Shown here: piece by piece, positions 41,907 to 49,933 of the stretch
Numbering within the stretch: position 1 is the first letter of the stretch
Layout of the letters: every line of letters begins with the position of its first letter
Assembly: GCA_050287085.1 (NCBI GenBank)
Contig: JBNKBE010000011.1
Coordinates: forward strand, 64,001 to 128,000
Length of the DNA stretch: 64,000 bases
Source: Polyangiaceae bacterium
GTDB lineage: Bacteria; Myxococcota_A; Polyangia; Polyangiales; Polyangiaceae
Direction of reading: 5' to 3'
The notes under the pieces: generated by a model
Databases searched by the model: none
What the model saw: only the letters and a program-made list of their open reading frames with translations
What the model was told of the DNA's origin: nothing
Made by a program: the position numbers and the translations under genes

Positions 41907-41922
41907 TGCAAGACGGGTGCCG
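41907..41922 (-). promoter_or_regulatory. Sigma54 (-24/-12) promoter candidate
   Basis: Minus strand reads CGGCACCCGTCTTGCA (GG-N10-GC; consensus TGGCAC-N5-TTGCW), about 150 nt upstream of the ORF start at 41756. Confidence 0.55.
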
Positions 41923-42123
41923 CACCATCCGGCGGAACTGATTCGCTGCTTTTTCCGTATTGGCGCCAAAATACAGGCGAAGATCCTTCGCGCTGCCCGC
42001 AGCGGCACCAGCCAGGTGGGGAGGAAGCGCCCTACCGTCACCTGCAAGACACGACATCGCGATCATGGCTAACGGCAGGGGCGTAGGGGTACGGAGGCTG
42101 AGGCGGCAAAAAGCAAAGCTGCC

Positions 42124-43113
42124 CTAGAACGTACCATCACACCCGAGCCAGCCCCCACTAGCGCTCACACTGGCTTGCAATCGTGGACCCATGTCATCTT
42201 CGTCGGGAGCTAAGAGGTAGAACGCCCCACTGCTAGCGAGGCCCACCGCGGCCAACGAATACAACGCCCTGGCCGCGCCAACCAGAACCTGCGCGCGATC
42301 GTAGCTGGCTAACACGAGCGCCCGGTCGGAGCCTGAGCGGCACTGATCGTTCGACGCACAACTCTCGTTGATGCTGTCAACGGCGGACGTTGCGCTCCAA
42401 TGTAACGCCACCGCCGTCACCAGCGATACAGTTCCCGCCGCCGCCGACACGAACGCCGCCGTCTTGTATGGGAAGCCGTTCTCTGGCACGGACCGCATGG
42501 GTTGAGGCGGCGCCGATTCAGAGGGCGCCACAGTCAGCTCGGGAACCGTCACCCCGATGACTGCTCCTGCCGGCGTCGTTACGTGCACCTGCCATGGCAG
42601 GTAACCTGCTGCCACAACTTCTACGTGAGCGACCCCAGACGGCACATTGAGAGCAATCTGATAGCCGCTAGTGAGCTGCGGTACGCCGTTGACCAACACG
42701 CGAACCGTATCGGTGGGCAGCGTAAGCAGCAGTCGAGACTGCAGCGCGATGGGAGGCATGGGTACGCTCTGCAGGCTTTCCAGCTCAGGTGAGAAGCGCA
42801 AATCCGAATCTCCGCTCCCGGCGAGGGGGCCATCTCTCAGCACTTCGGGCAAGGCAACGAGCTCGTCCGTGGGCTCCTCAGTAGCCTCGACGGCGGATTC
42901 GCCATCGGCTGCGCTTGGCCAGGTGGCTCGCACCGGCGTCTGTGCCATGACCTCTTGGAAACCAACCGACGCGCCCTCTCCCCGCGACACGCTGAGACCG
43001 GATAGCGCCACCACACTCACCAACATGCCGCGCACCAACATGCCGCGCACCAACATGCCGCGCACCAACATGCCGCGCACCAACATGCCGCGCACAACAG
43101 AAGTGTCGTTCAT
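42124..43113 (-). CDS. PEGA-like domain protein with C-terminal membrane segments
   Basis: VRVLVNG...VPSG.AHVEV.AAGY.PW (PEGA-like), TM helices, C-x4-C, ends GGWLGCDGTF; start uncertain (ORF open to 43161). Confidence 0.65.
   Translation of the reverse strand: MNDTSVVRGMLVRGMLVRGMLVRGMLVRGMLVSVVALSGLSVSRGEGASVGFQEVMAQTPVRATWPSAADGESAVEATEEPTDELVALPEVLRDGPLAGSGDSDLRFSPELESLQSVPMPPIALQSRLLLTLPTDTVRVLVNGVPQLTSGYQIALNVPSGVAHVEVVAAGYLPWQVHVTTPAGAVIGVTVPELTVAPSESAPPQPMRSVPENGFPYKTAAFVSAAAGTVSLVTAVALHWSATSAVDSINESCASNDQCRSGSDRALVLASYDRAQVLVGAARALYSLAAVGLASSGAFYLLAPDEDDMGPRLQASVSASGGWLGCDGTF
43021..43095. repeat. 15-bp perfect tandem repeat x5 (CAACATGCCGCGCAC)
   Basis: Five exact copies; encodes VRGML x5. 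Confidence 0.97.
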
Positions 43114-43720
43114 AATTCGCGTCTCCAGGGCCGAGGGACCGTCCGAGCCCCGCTTGCCCACAAGGCGGAGCGCAGACTACCACCTGCCTCAGCCTACACA
43201 AGCCCAAAGCCAGCATCGGTGAGACACACACCGCCCCTTGCCACGAACACTGCCGCCGAAGGATGAACTCCCGAGCGCAAGGCCTGTGCAGCCGAAGAGG
43301 AGACAAGAGGTCTCGCGACATCCGCACGGCGAACTCCCACAGGCCTGACTCCAAAACGACGAGCCTCCGCCAGCCGTAGGAACGGGACAACTCGCGGTGC
43401 GCGTCCCAGCATTGATGGGTAGGTGGCCCAGAGCTACCCCGCGGGTTGAGCCAGGTCCTCGGTGACAATCCGCGGCAGTCCGCAGAGCTCGGGTGCTCTA
43501 TGTCAGCCTGCCTCTACTCAATCGCCCAATCCCAGTTCCGAAGCGGCTGCCCCAGCTGTCGTGCGCAAGTCTCAGCAAGGCAACACCGCAGCCGGGCCCC
43601 TCGAAGCCGCCCCCCCTCACCGGCCGAAACCGCAGCCGCAGGGAGGGGGCAAATTAGCAAGCTGGCGCATCTCGTTCGGTCCTTGACGAGCACGCTGGGG
43701 ACGTGTTGCTCTCGTCTCCC

Positions 43721-44470
43721 ATGAGAGTCGGAGCCCACGACGAGTTCGAAGCGCTAAAACTGGGCGACGAAGATCGGGTGTTCATCCTCACGGGCGCTGG
43801 CATCAGCGCCGAAAGCGGAATTCGTACGTTTCGTGATTCGGGAGGCCTTTGGGAGGACCACGACATCATGACGGTCGCGTCCCCCGATGGGTGGCGCAAG
43901 AACCCGCACCTGGTCTGGCACTTCTATTCAGAGCGGCGGCTCCAGGCAGGCCAGGTTTCTCCGAATTCGGCACACTACGCGTTAGCTGAGCTCGAACGCC
44001 GCCTTGGTGAACGACTCTTCCTATGCACTCAGAACGTCGATCCGCTGCATGAGCGTGCCGGTTCACAACGGGTCGTCCACATGCATGGTGAGCTATGCAA
44101 GAGCCGCTGTGAACGTGACCACGCCCCCCCCTTCCAAGACGACAACCTCTACTTGCGGCCCTCCGACTTGCCCCTTTGCCCGTGCGGTGGCCGAATTCGT
44201 CCTCACATATGCTGGTTTGGCGAGGTCCCCTTCGAGATGCCGCAGATCGAGAAGGCCCTGGCAAGCTCACACATGCTGGTGACCATTGGTAGCTCTGGCG
44301 CGGTCTATCCCGCGGCTGGCTTCGTAGCGGCCGCGCGCCATCTTGGAGCCTACACGGTGTACGTGGGCCCCGAGACGCCGGACAACGCGAGCGACTTCGA
44401 TGAGTGCCGCCTCGGAGCAGCAACCGACGTCGTACCCACGTTGTTCAACCTAGGAACTGGTACACATTGA
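43721..44470 (+). CDS. cobB: NAD-dependent protein deacylase (sirtuin, CobB/class III-like)
   Basis: LTGAGISAESGIRTFR, FYSERR (YxxR), TQNVD.LHERAG, HMHG, RPHICWFGE, GSSGAVYPAAG. Symbol refers to the sirtuin, not cobyrinate diamide synthase. Confidence 0.9.
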   Translation: MRVGAHDEFEALKLGDEDRVFILTGAGISAESGIRTFRDSGGLWEDHDIMTVASPDGWRKNPHLVWHFYSERRLQAGQVSPNSAHYALAELERRLGERLFLCTQNVDPLHERAGSQRVVHMHGELCKSRCERDHAPPFQDDNLYLRPSDLPLCPCGGRIRPHICWFGEVPFEMPQIEKALASSHMLVTIGSSGAVYPAAGFVAAARHLGAYTVYVGPETPDNASDFDECRLGAATDVVPTLFNLGTGTH

Positions 44471-44602
44471 CCCCCTCAGAGTAGTCCGGTCTTGCTACTG
44501 CTCAGCCCCGCAGCGAGGCTTACCTTGGTGTCGTATGCGGCCAGACGCCCGCGTTGAGGAAGACAGGAGCTCGCGCCAAGCTTTGGCGCATGCTATCTTC
44601 CT

Positions 44603-46909
44603 GTGAATTCGATGAGGGACATGGGCAACAGGCCAACGAGTTCGAATCCTGCCGATGTACCGGGACTCGCTGACCTCGCCGCCCTGGCGGCGACGCTGGC
44701 TGGAAACGATGCCACGGGCGCCCTTGAGCGCTACTTGCAGGGCCTTCGCCGCTGGGGCTTTGAAGTCCATTATTCAAAAAAGCAGGCATCGGCGAGCCCG
44801 ACCAGTCTGAGTCACTCAGAATTGGGTCACTCAGAATTGGGTCTCTCAGAATTGAGTCTCTCCGACTCTCCGGACTCGAGCTCTGCAGACCGGCCCAAAC
44901 CGTGGTCTGTCGAAAAGGTCCGACCGGAAGTCCAGCTTATTCCGCCTCTGGGAGTACCACCCGAGGTTGAAAACTTCGCCCAAAGTTTGCTCGACGTAGC
45001 GGTCGCGCGTGTGACGGACTCGGAGCGAGCAGAAGCCGCCGTCGAACGCATGCGGATGCTATCGAGCGCATCGTTCGAAGGCATTGCTGTGCACGTCGGC
45101 GGCGTAATCCTGGACGCCAATCTGCGCTTTGCGGACATGCTCGGCTACGACGTCAGTGACCTTCTCGGCAAAGGTGCAGTCGCACGATGCGTGGCACCCG
45201 AGGACATCCCGGATGTTGCGCGCAAGCTGGCTACCGGTTACGAAGGCACCTACCAAGTTTCGCTCGTACGAAAAGACGGTAGCAGGTTCCGGGCGGAGCT
45301 GCTGTCCAGGCAAAGCAGGGTCGGAGAGCTACCCGTTCGCGTAGTCGCTGTCCGTGACGTGACAGAACAAGAGAGAACGTTGGAGAAGCTTCGTCAAAGC
45401 GAAGCCCATCTGAGGGAGCTCGCCGACACCGCCTTCGATGTCACGGTCTACAGCGTCGACGGCAAGATCGTCGAAGCGCGCGGAGATAGCCTGCGCGTCA
45501 TCGGATACCCGCCCCAGGATCTCGTTGGCAGGCAGCTTCTGGAATTCGTCGCCCCGCCTTCGGCGACCGCGGTACACAACTCGGTCTCGCACAAGATTGA
45601 GACGCGATACGAAGTGGCCGGACTTCACGCCAGTGGTGAGATAGTTCCGATCGAGGCCATTGCGGTATACTCGGCGGTGGGCGACCAATCGCTCCGGATA
45701 ACGGGCGTGCGCGATCTGCGGCCACAATATGCCGCCCAGAAGGAACGGCGGGCGCTCGAACAACGGCTCGAACGTGCACTCCGCCTCGAAAGCCTCGGCG
45801 TGCTGGCGGGTGGGATTGCGCATGATTTCAACAACCTCTTGGTCGGCATCATGGGTCACGCCGACCTGCTGTTGGATGACGCAACCGACCCTGAAACCCG
45901 ATCAAGTCTGGAGCTGATTCTATCCGCCGGCCAGCGTGCCGCCGAGCTCACCCAGCAGATGCTCGCTTATGCCGGGCGCGCCGCGCTCGACAGCACCGAA
46001 GCGGTCGGCATCGCCGCGGTTCTGAAGGATCTCGACCTATTGTTGTCTGCGGCCTTGAGCAAGAAAGCCAAGCTCGAGATCCATGTCCCAAGCGATCACG
46101 TGGTACAGGCGCAGAAAGGCATGTTGACCCAAGTCTTGGTTAACCTGCTCGCCAACGCATCCGATGCATTGGAAGGAGACGTGGGCACCATACGCGTTGA
46201 AACACGTGTCGAAACGAACCCATCCGGCGCGTGGGACGATGCCTTGGGCGCCAACATCGCGCCGGGCAATTGGATCCGAATTGAAGTCCGCGATAGCGGT
46301 TGCGGCATCCCCGAAGCGACGCGCGCCCGCATCTTCGAACCGTTCTTCACCACCAAGCGCTCCGGGCACGGCCTGGGGCTGGCCTCCTGCGTGGGAATCA
46401 TCACGGCGCTCGGCGGCGCGCTCCGTGTCGAGAGCACCCCGGGACAAGGCAGTTCGTTTTTCGTACTGCTGCCCTCAGCGGAAGGCGCCGCGTCCGCGCC
46501 TTTGAAAGTGCCCCAAGTGGCACACGCAGGCGGCGTCACCCAACCTTGTCGGGTGCTCATCGTTGACGACGAACGAGTTGTGCGCCGGCAAGTGCGCCGG
46601 AGCTTGGAGTTGCGCGGCTATCAAGTGTGGGAGGCAGAAAACGGCGCAAGCGGCCTGGCCATGCTCTCCGAGCAGCAGACGGACGTCATTCTTCTCGATA
46701 TGACGATGCCGGACATGGACGGGGCTGAAGTCGTTCACCGTATTCGGGAGACGGGCTTGCGGGTTCCCATCGTCCTGACTTCTGGCTACGCCGCCGCAGA
46801 GACCTACCGCAAGCTTGCTCACGGCTCGGTCCAGGGCTTCTTGCCCAAACCCTACCTCGTCGCAGAACTGCTTACCGCCATTGAACACGCCCGCGCTCAA
46901 CCGAGCTGA
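44603..46909 (+). CDS. PAS-PAS hybrid sensor histidine kinase / receiver (CckA-like architecture)
   Basis: Two PAS-like domains, LAGGIAHDFNNLL, NLLANASDA, DSGCGI, IFEPFFTTK..GHGLGL, receiver LIVDD...LLDMTMP...PKP; start uncertain. Confidence 0.92.
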   Translation: MNSMRDMGNRPTSSNPADVPGLADLAALAATLAGNDATGALERYLQGLRRWGFEVHYSKKQASASPTSLSHSELGHSELGLSELSLSDSPDSSSADRPKPWSVEKVRPEVQLIPPLGVPPEVENFAQSLLDVAVARVTDSERAEAAVERMRMLSSASFEGIAVHVGGVILDANLRFADMLGYDVSDLLGKGAVARCVAPEDIPDVARKLATGYEGTYQVSLVRKDGSRFRAELLSRQSRVGELPVRVVAVRDVTEQERTLEKLRQSEAHLRELADTAFDVTVYSVDGKIVEARGDSLRVIGYPPQDLVGRQLLEFVAPPSATAVHNSVSHKIETRYEVAGLHASGEIVPIEAIAVYSAVGDQSLRITGVRDLRPQYAAQKERRALEQRLERALRLESLGVLAGGIAHDFNNLLVGIMGHADLLLDDATDPETRSSLELILSAGQRAAELTQQMLAYAGRAALDSTEAVGIAAVLKDLDLLLSAALSKKAKLEIHVPSDHVVQAQKGMLTQVLVNLLANASDALEGDVGTIRVETRVETNPSGAWDDALGANIAPGNWIRIEVRDSGCGIPEATRARIFEPFFTTKRSGHGLGLASCVGIITALGGALRVESTPGQGSSFFVLLPSAEGAASAPLKVPQVAHAGGVTQPCRVLIVDDERVVRRQVRRSLELRGYQVWEAENGASGLAMLSEQQTDVILLDMTMPDMDGAEVVHRIRETGLRVPIVLTSGYAAAETYRKLAHGSVQGFLPKPYLVAELLTAIEHARAQPS
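44811..44862. repeat. 15-bp tandem repeat x3.5 (GTCWCTCAGAATTGR)
   Basis: Units at 44811, 44826, 44841 and partial at 44856; encodes SHSELGHSELGLSELSLS. Confidence 0.92.
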
Positions 46910-46941
46910 TGCCGCGGCGCCGACCTCGGTGCCCGCCCCCC

Positions 46942-48771
46942 TCACATAACCGTGACCGACTTCGCCAAGTTGCGAGGTTTGTCGATGTCGTACCCCAGCT
47001 TGAGGGCGCAGTAATAGGCAAAGAGCTGAAGCGGAATCACCGTAAGCAGCGGCGACACGGCCGCATGGTGAGGCGGCAACGGCACCAGCTCGTCGGCAAG
47101 AGAGGCGGTTTCCTCGTCCCCGGCGTCCGCGACCGCGATCAAGAATGCCCCGCGCGCCTTCAATTCTCTCAGGTTTCCCAACATGCGATCGCGCGTCTCG
47201 TCCGGCGGTACCAACGCCCAAACGGGCATTCCCGGCTCAACGAGCGCAAGCGGACCATGCTTCATGGCAGCGCCGGAGAGCCCCTCGGCGGGAACGTAGG
47301 TTATTTCCTTCAACTTGAGAGCCCCTTCGGCAGCCACTGGCACATTGCCACCCCGACCCACAAACATCGTGAATCGAGCGCCGGCAAAGCGCTCCGCCAG
47401 TCGCTCGCAAGTTGAGCTCTGTTCCAACACCAACGACATCAAGCGCGGTAGGTCTTCGAGGGCATTCACCCATTGCCGGCCTTCCGCCGCCCCGAGCGCG
47501 TGCATTCTCGCGAACTGCAATGCTAGGAGCTCAGTGGCCAGGACCTGAGCTGTAAACGCTTTGGTCGAACACACACTTATCTCCGGACCCGCGTGAATGT
47601 ACGTGCCGAAGTCGGTCTCGCGAGCAAGGGAACTACCGACAACATTGGTCACCCCGGCCACCAACCCACCTTTGAGCTTGATCTCTCTCAGGGCAGCCAG
47701 AGTGTCGGCCGTTTCTCCGCTCTGGGAGACGGCCACATACAAGGTCCGCTCGTCCACTATCGGATTGTGAACGATGAGCTCAGCGGCATCACGCGCCTCC
47801 GCCGAAACTCGCCCGTAGCGAGTCATGAGGAACGCGCCGACCTCCCCGCTGTACAAGCTGGTGCCGCAGCCAAAGAAGACGACGCGCCTCACACGAAATA
47901 GCTCCTTGGCCCTAGACTGCAGCCCCCCAAGATGAGACGTCCCCATGCCTTGGTCCAGGCGCCCACGCATGCTTCGATCGACGGCTACAGGCTGCTCGTG
48001 GATCTCCTTGAGCATGAAATGGGCGTAGTCACCCCGTTCGGCAGCGTCAGCCGAATGCAGAATCTTCTCGATCCGCTTGTCTCGGTCTCGGCTCTCGAGA
48101 TCGACCGTCCGAAAAGTGCCCGCCCCCAGGGCGACGATTTCGCCGTCATCGAGTACCACCATGCGGTCCGTGTAGGGACGCAGCGCCAACGGGTCGGACG
48201 CTACCCAGGCCTCCCCGTCGCCTATACCCAAGACCACGGGACTACCGATGCGAGCAGCGACCAGCGTGTTTGGATCGTTGCGATCGAGCGCGACGATCCC
48301 AGCCGTACCCTCCAGACGTTTCATTGTCTCGAGCACGGCATCGAGAAGTGAACGCCCGCTGCCGACGGCCCGACCTATCAACTCAGCAAGCACTTCAGAG
48401 TCCGTCTCCGAGCGAAAACTCACCCCTTGCTTGGTGAGCTCTCGACGCAACGCCTCCATATTGTCAACTATGCCGTTGTGAACGATGACAACCCGTTCGG
48501 CCGAATCGCGGTGGGGATGACAGTTCGCTACACTGACGCCGCCGTGCGTGGCCCAGCGCGTATGTCCGATACCGATGTTCCCCGGTAGCCCTTCGGGCGT
48601 GGAACTCTCCAACGAGCGGATATGCCCAACGGCACGCGCCAGCTTCAATCGTTTCTTTGAAACGGTCGCGATCCCCGCTGAGTCGTAGCCCCGATACTCA
48701 AGCCGCCGCAAGCCGCTGACGATGACATCCCACGCCTCGCGGGTGCCGACGTAACCCATGATTCCACACAT
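46942..48771 (-). CDS. glmS: Glutamine--fructose-6-phosphate aminotransferase
   Basis: MCGIMG, RLEYRGYDSAG, GHTRWATHG, SETDSEV, MLKEIHEQP, SQSGETADT, STKAFT, EGALKLKE, DKPRNLAKSVTV. Confidence 0.97.
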   Translation of the reverse strand: MCGIMGYVGTREAWDVIVSGLRRLEYRGYDSAGIATVSKKRLKLARAVGHIRSLESSTPEGLPGNIGIGHTRWATHGGVSVANCHPHRDSAERVVIVHNGIVDNMEALRRELTKQGVSFRSETDSEVLAELIGRAVGSGRSLLDAVLETMKRLEGTAGIVALDRNDPNTLVAARIGSPVVLGIGDGEAWVASDPLALRPYTDRMVVLDDGEIVALGAGTFRTVDLESRDRDKRIEKILHSADAAERGDYAHFMLKEIHEQPVAVDRSMRGRLDQGMGTSHLGGLQSRAKELFRVRRVVFFGCGTSLYSGEVGAFLMTRYGRVSAEARDAAELIVHNPIVDERTLYVAVSQSGETADTLAALREIKLKGGLVAGVTNVVGSSLARETDFGTYIHAGPEISVCSTKAFTAQVLATELLALQFARMHALGAAEGRQWVNALEDLPRLMSLVLEQSSTCERLAERFAGARFTMFVGRGGNVPVAAEGALKLKEITYVPAEGLSGAAMKHGPLALVEPGMPVWALVPPDETRDRMLGNLRELKARGAFLIAVADAGDEETASLADELVPLPPHHAAVSPLLTVIPLQLFAYYCALKLGYDIDKPRNLAKSVTVM

Positions 48772-48849
48772 AATTCACCTCGAAAGACAGCCACTTCGGT
48801 GGTGCTACAATGCTTCCAAGCCGGCCGAGTTCCAGACGGCAGCCGCACC

Positions 48850-49128
48850 TCATCCGTACACCCGACGCCGGATTTGACGGAGGGAAAGCGCGGGGGCCCG
48901 AAAGCGCAAGGCGCGCAGCTCATGCTGGATTTTCGGAAGGAGGGCCTCATTGCGAAGCCCCAACTCCGACAGTTCCCGATGTCGCGCCGCAATATACTCG
49001 TCCACCTCGAAGCGAAAACAATCGACCGTTTCGGCGACCGCCCGAGTCGCATCTTCAACGCTGAGCCCGAGCAGTTGCTGCAGGCGCAGAGCGGCCTCTT
49101 CGCTCGGAGTGGACACGCCTCCCACCAT
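48850..49128 (-). CDS. Small helical protein upstream of glmS, possible HTH regulator
   Basis: About 92 aa; VDEYIAARHREL...GLRNE....I..EL...RF.AP.LSLRQIRRRVYG; start uncertain (49128 or 49116). Confidence 0.7.
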   Translation of the reverse strand: MVGGVSTPSEEAALRLQQLLGLSVEDATRAVAETVDCFRFEVDEYIAARHRELSELGLRNEALLPKIQHELRALRFRAPALSLRQIRRRVYG

Positions 49129-49152
49129 GCCTCCACGAGGCCAGGTTGTCCA

Positions 49153-49178
49153 ATTTCTGCCCGATATCGGGCAGAAAT
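49153..49178. promoter_or_regulatory. Perfect 26-bp palindrome ATTTCTGCCCGAT|ATCGGGCAGAAAT
   Basis: Zero-spacer 13+13 inverted repeat about 25 nt upstream of the small ORF preceding glmS. Confidence 0.6.
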
Positions 49179-49316
49179 CCACTCAGGGCCCGCGGATGGG
49201 AAAGCCACTCGCCAGCGGGTCGAGACCGCCGCGAGGTGGGTGCGTGAGGAGCGAGCACCGCGGGGCTACGGGATTCGCTCGAGGAGCACCGCGACGAACC
49301 AGCCCCACAGCGGCCC

Positions 49317-49733
49317 CTACTCCTGGACGTTTCTCATGAAGTTGGCAACTTCGAGAAAACGCTGGTCGAGAAAACTCCGTGTCGGCTCCGGCACCCCGCA
49401 ATCGGCGAGGGCTCGTCGCATGCAGCGCATCCAGGCGTCGCGCTGAGCGATGTCGACCGGCACGTGTGCGTGGCGCATGCGGAGTCGCGGATGCCCGTTC
49501 TCCCGCACGTAGTCTTGGGGCCCCCCCAACCACCCGACCAAGAACTGCGCAAAACGCTCTCGACTGCTCCGGGCCACCCTGCCCGCTTCGTCCAGCGCGT
49601 GCAGCCGTGCAAGTTCGGGCTCAGATTCGTCCATGACGTCGTAGAAGCGCTCCACCAGCGCACACACGGCGTCGCGGCCGCCCACTGCCTCATAGGGTGA
49701 ATCGCTCGGAAGCGTATCAGCGCTCATCGACAT
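49317..49733 (-). CDS. Group II truncated hemoglobin (GlbO/YjbI-like)
   Basis: YEAVGG, LVERFYD, FLVGWLGGP..Y....GHPRLRMRH, RDAWMRCM, A.FMRN. Confidence 0.92.
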   Translation of the reverse strand: MSMSADTLPSDSPYEAVGGRDAVCALVERFYDVMDESEPELARLHALDEAGRVARSSRERFAQFLVGWLGGPQDYVRENGHPRLRMRHAHVPVDIAQRDAWMRCMRRALADCGVPEPTRSFLDQRFLEVANFMRNVQE

Positions 49734-49933
49734 CCCTATAGCGGATCTCCGCCATTGCGGCACACCCGCACCAGGTCGAATCACGCGCCGCGTATTCTGT
49801 CCCAGATTCGGCCACGACCCACGCGAACGCACTTCGGCTCCCCCCCTCACCCCGTTCGCCCGGCGGAAATTGCACCGCTGCCGACGCTTCTTCCGTTATT
49901 GTTCGGGGCTGAAGGCCGTTTCCTGGGGGGGGA

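Noticed and set aside
43721..44470. Sir2-type anti-phage defence system
   Set aside because: Protein is a canonical stand-alone CobB-like deacylase with no HerA, pAgo or TIR partner nearby
48772..48850. glmS ribozyme upstream of glmS
   Set aside because: Only 78 nt and lacks the AGCGCC...GACGAGG core
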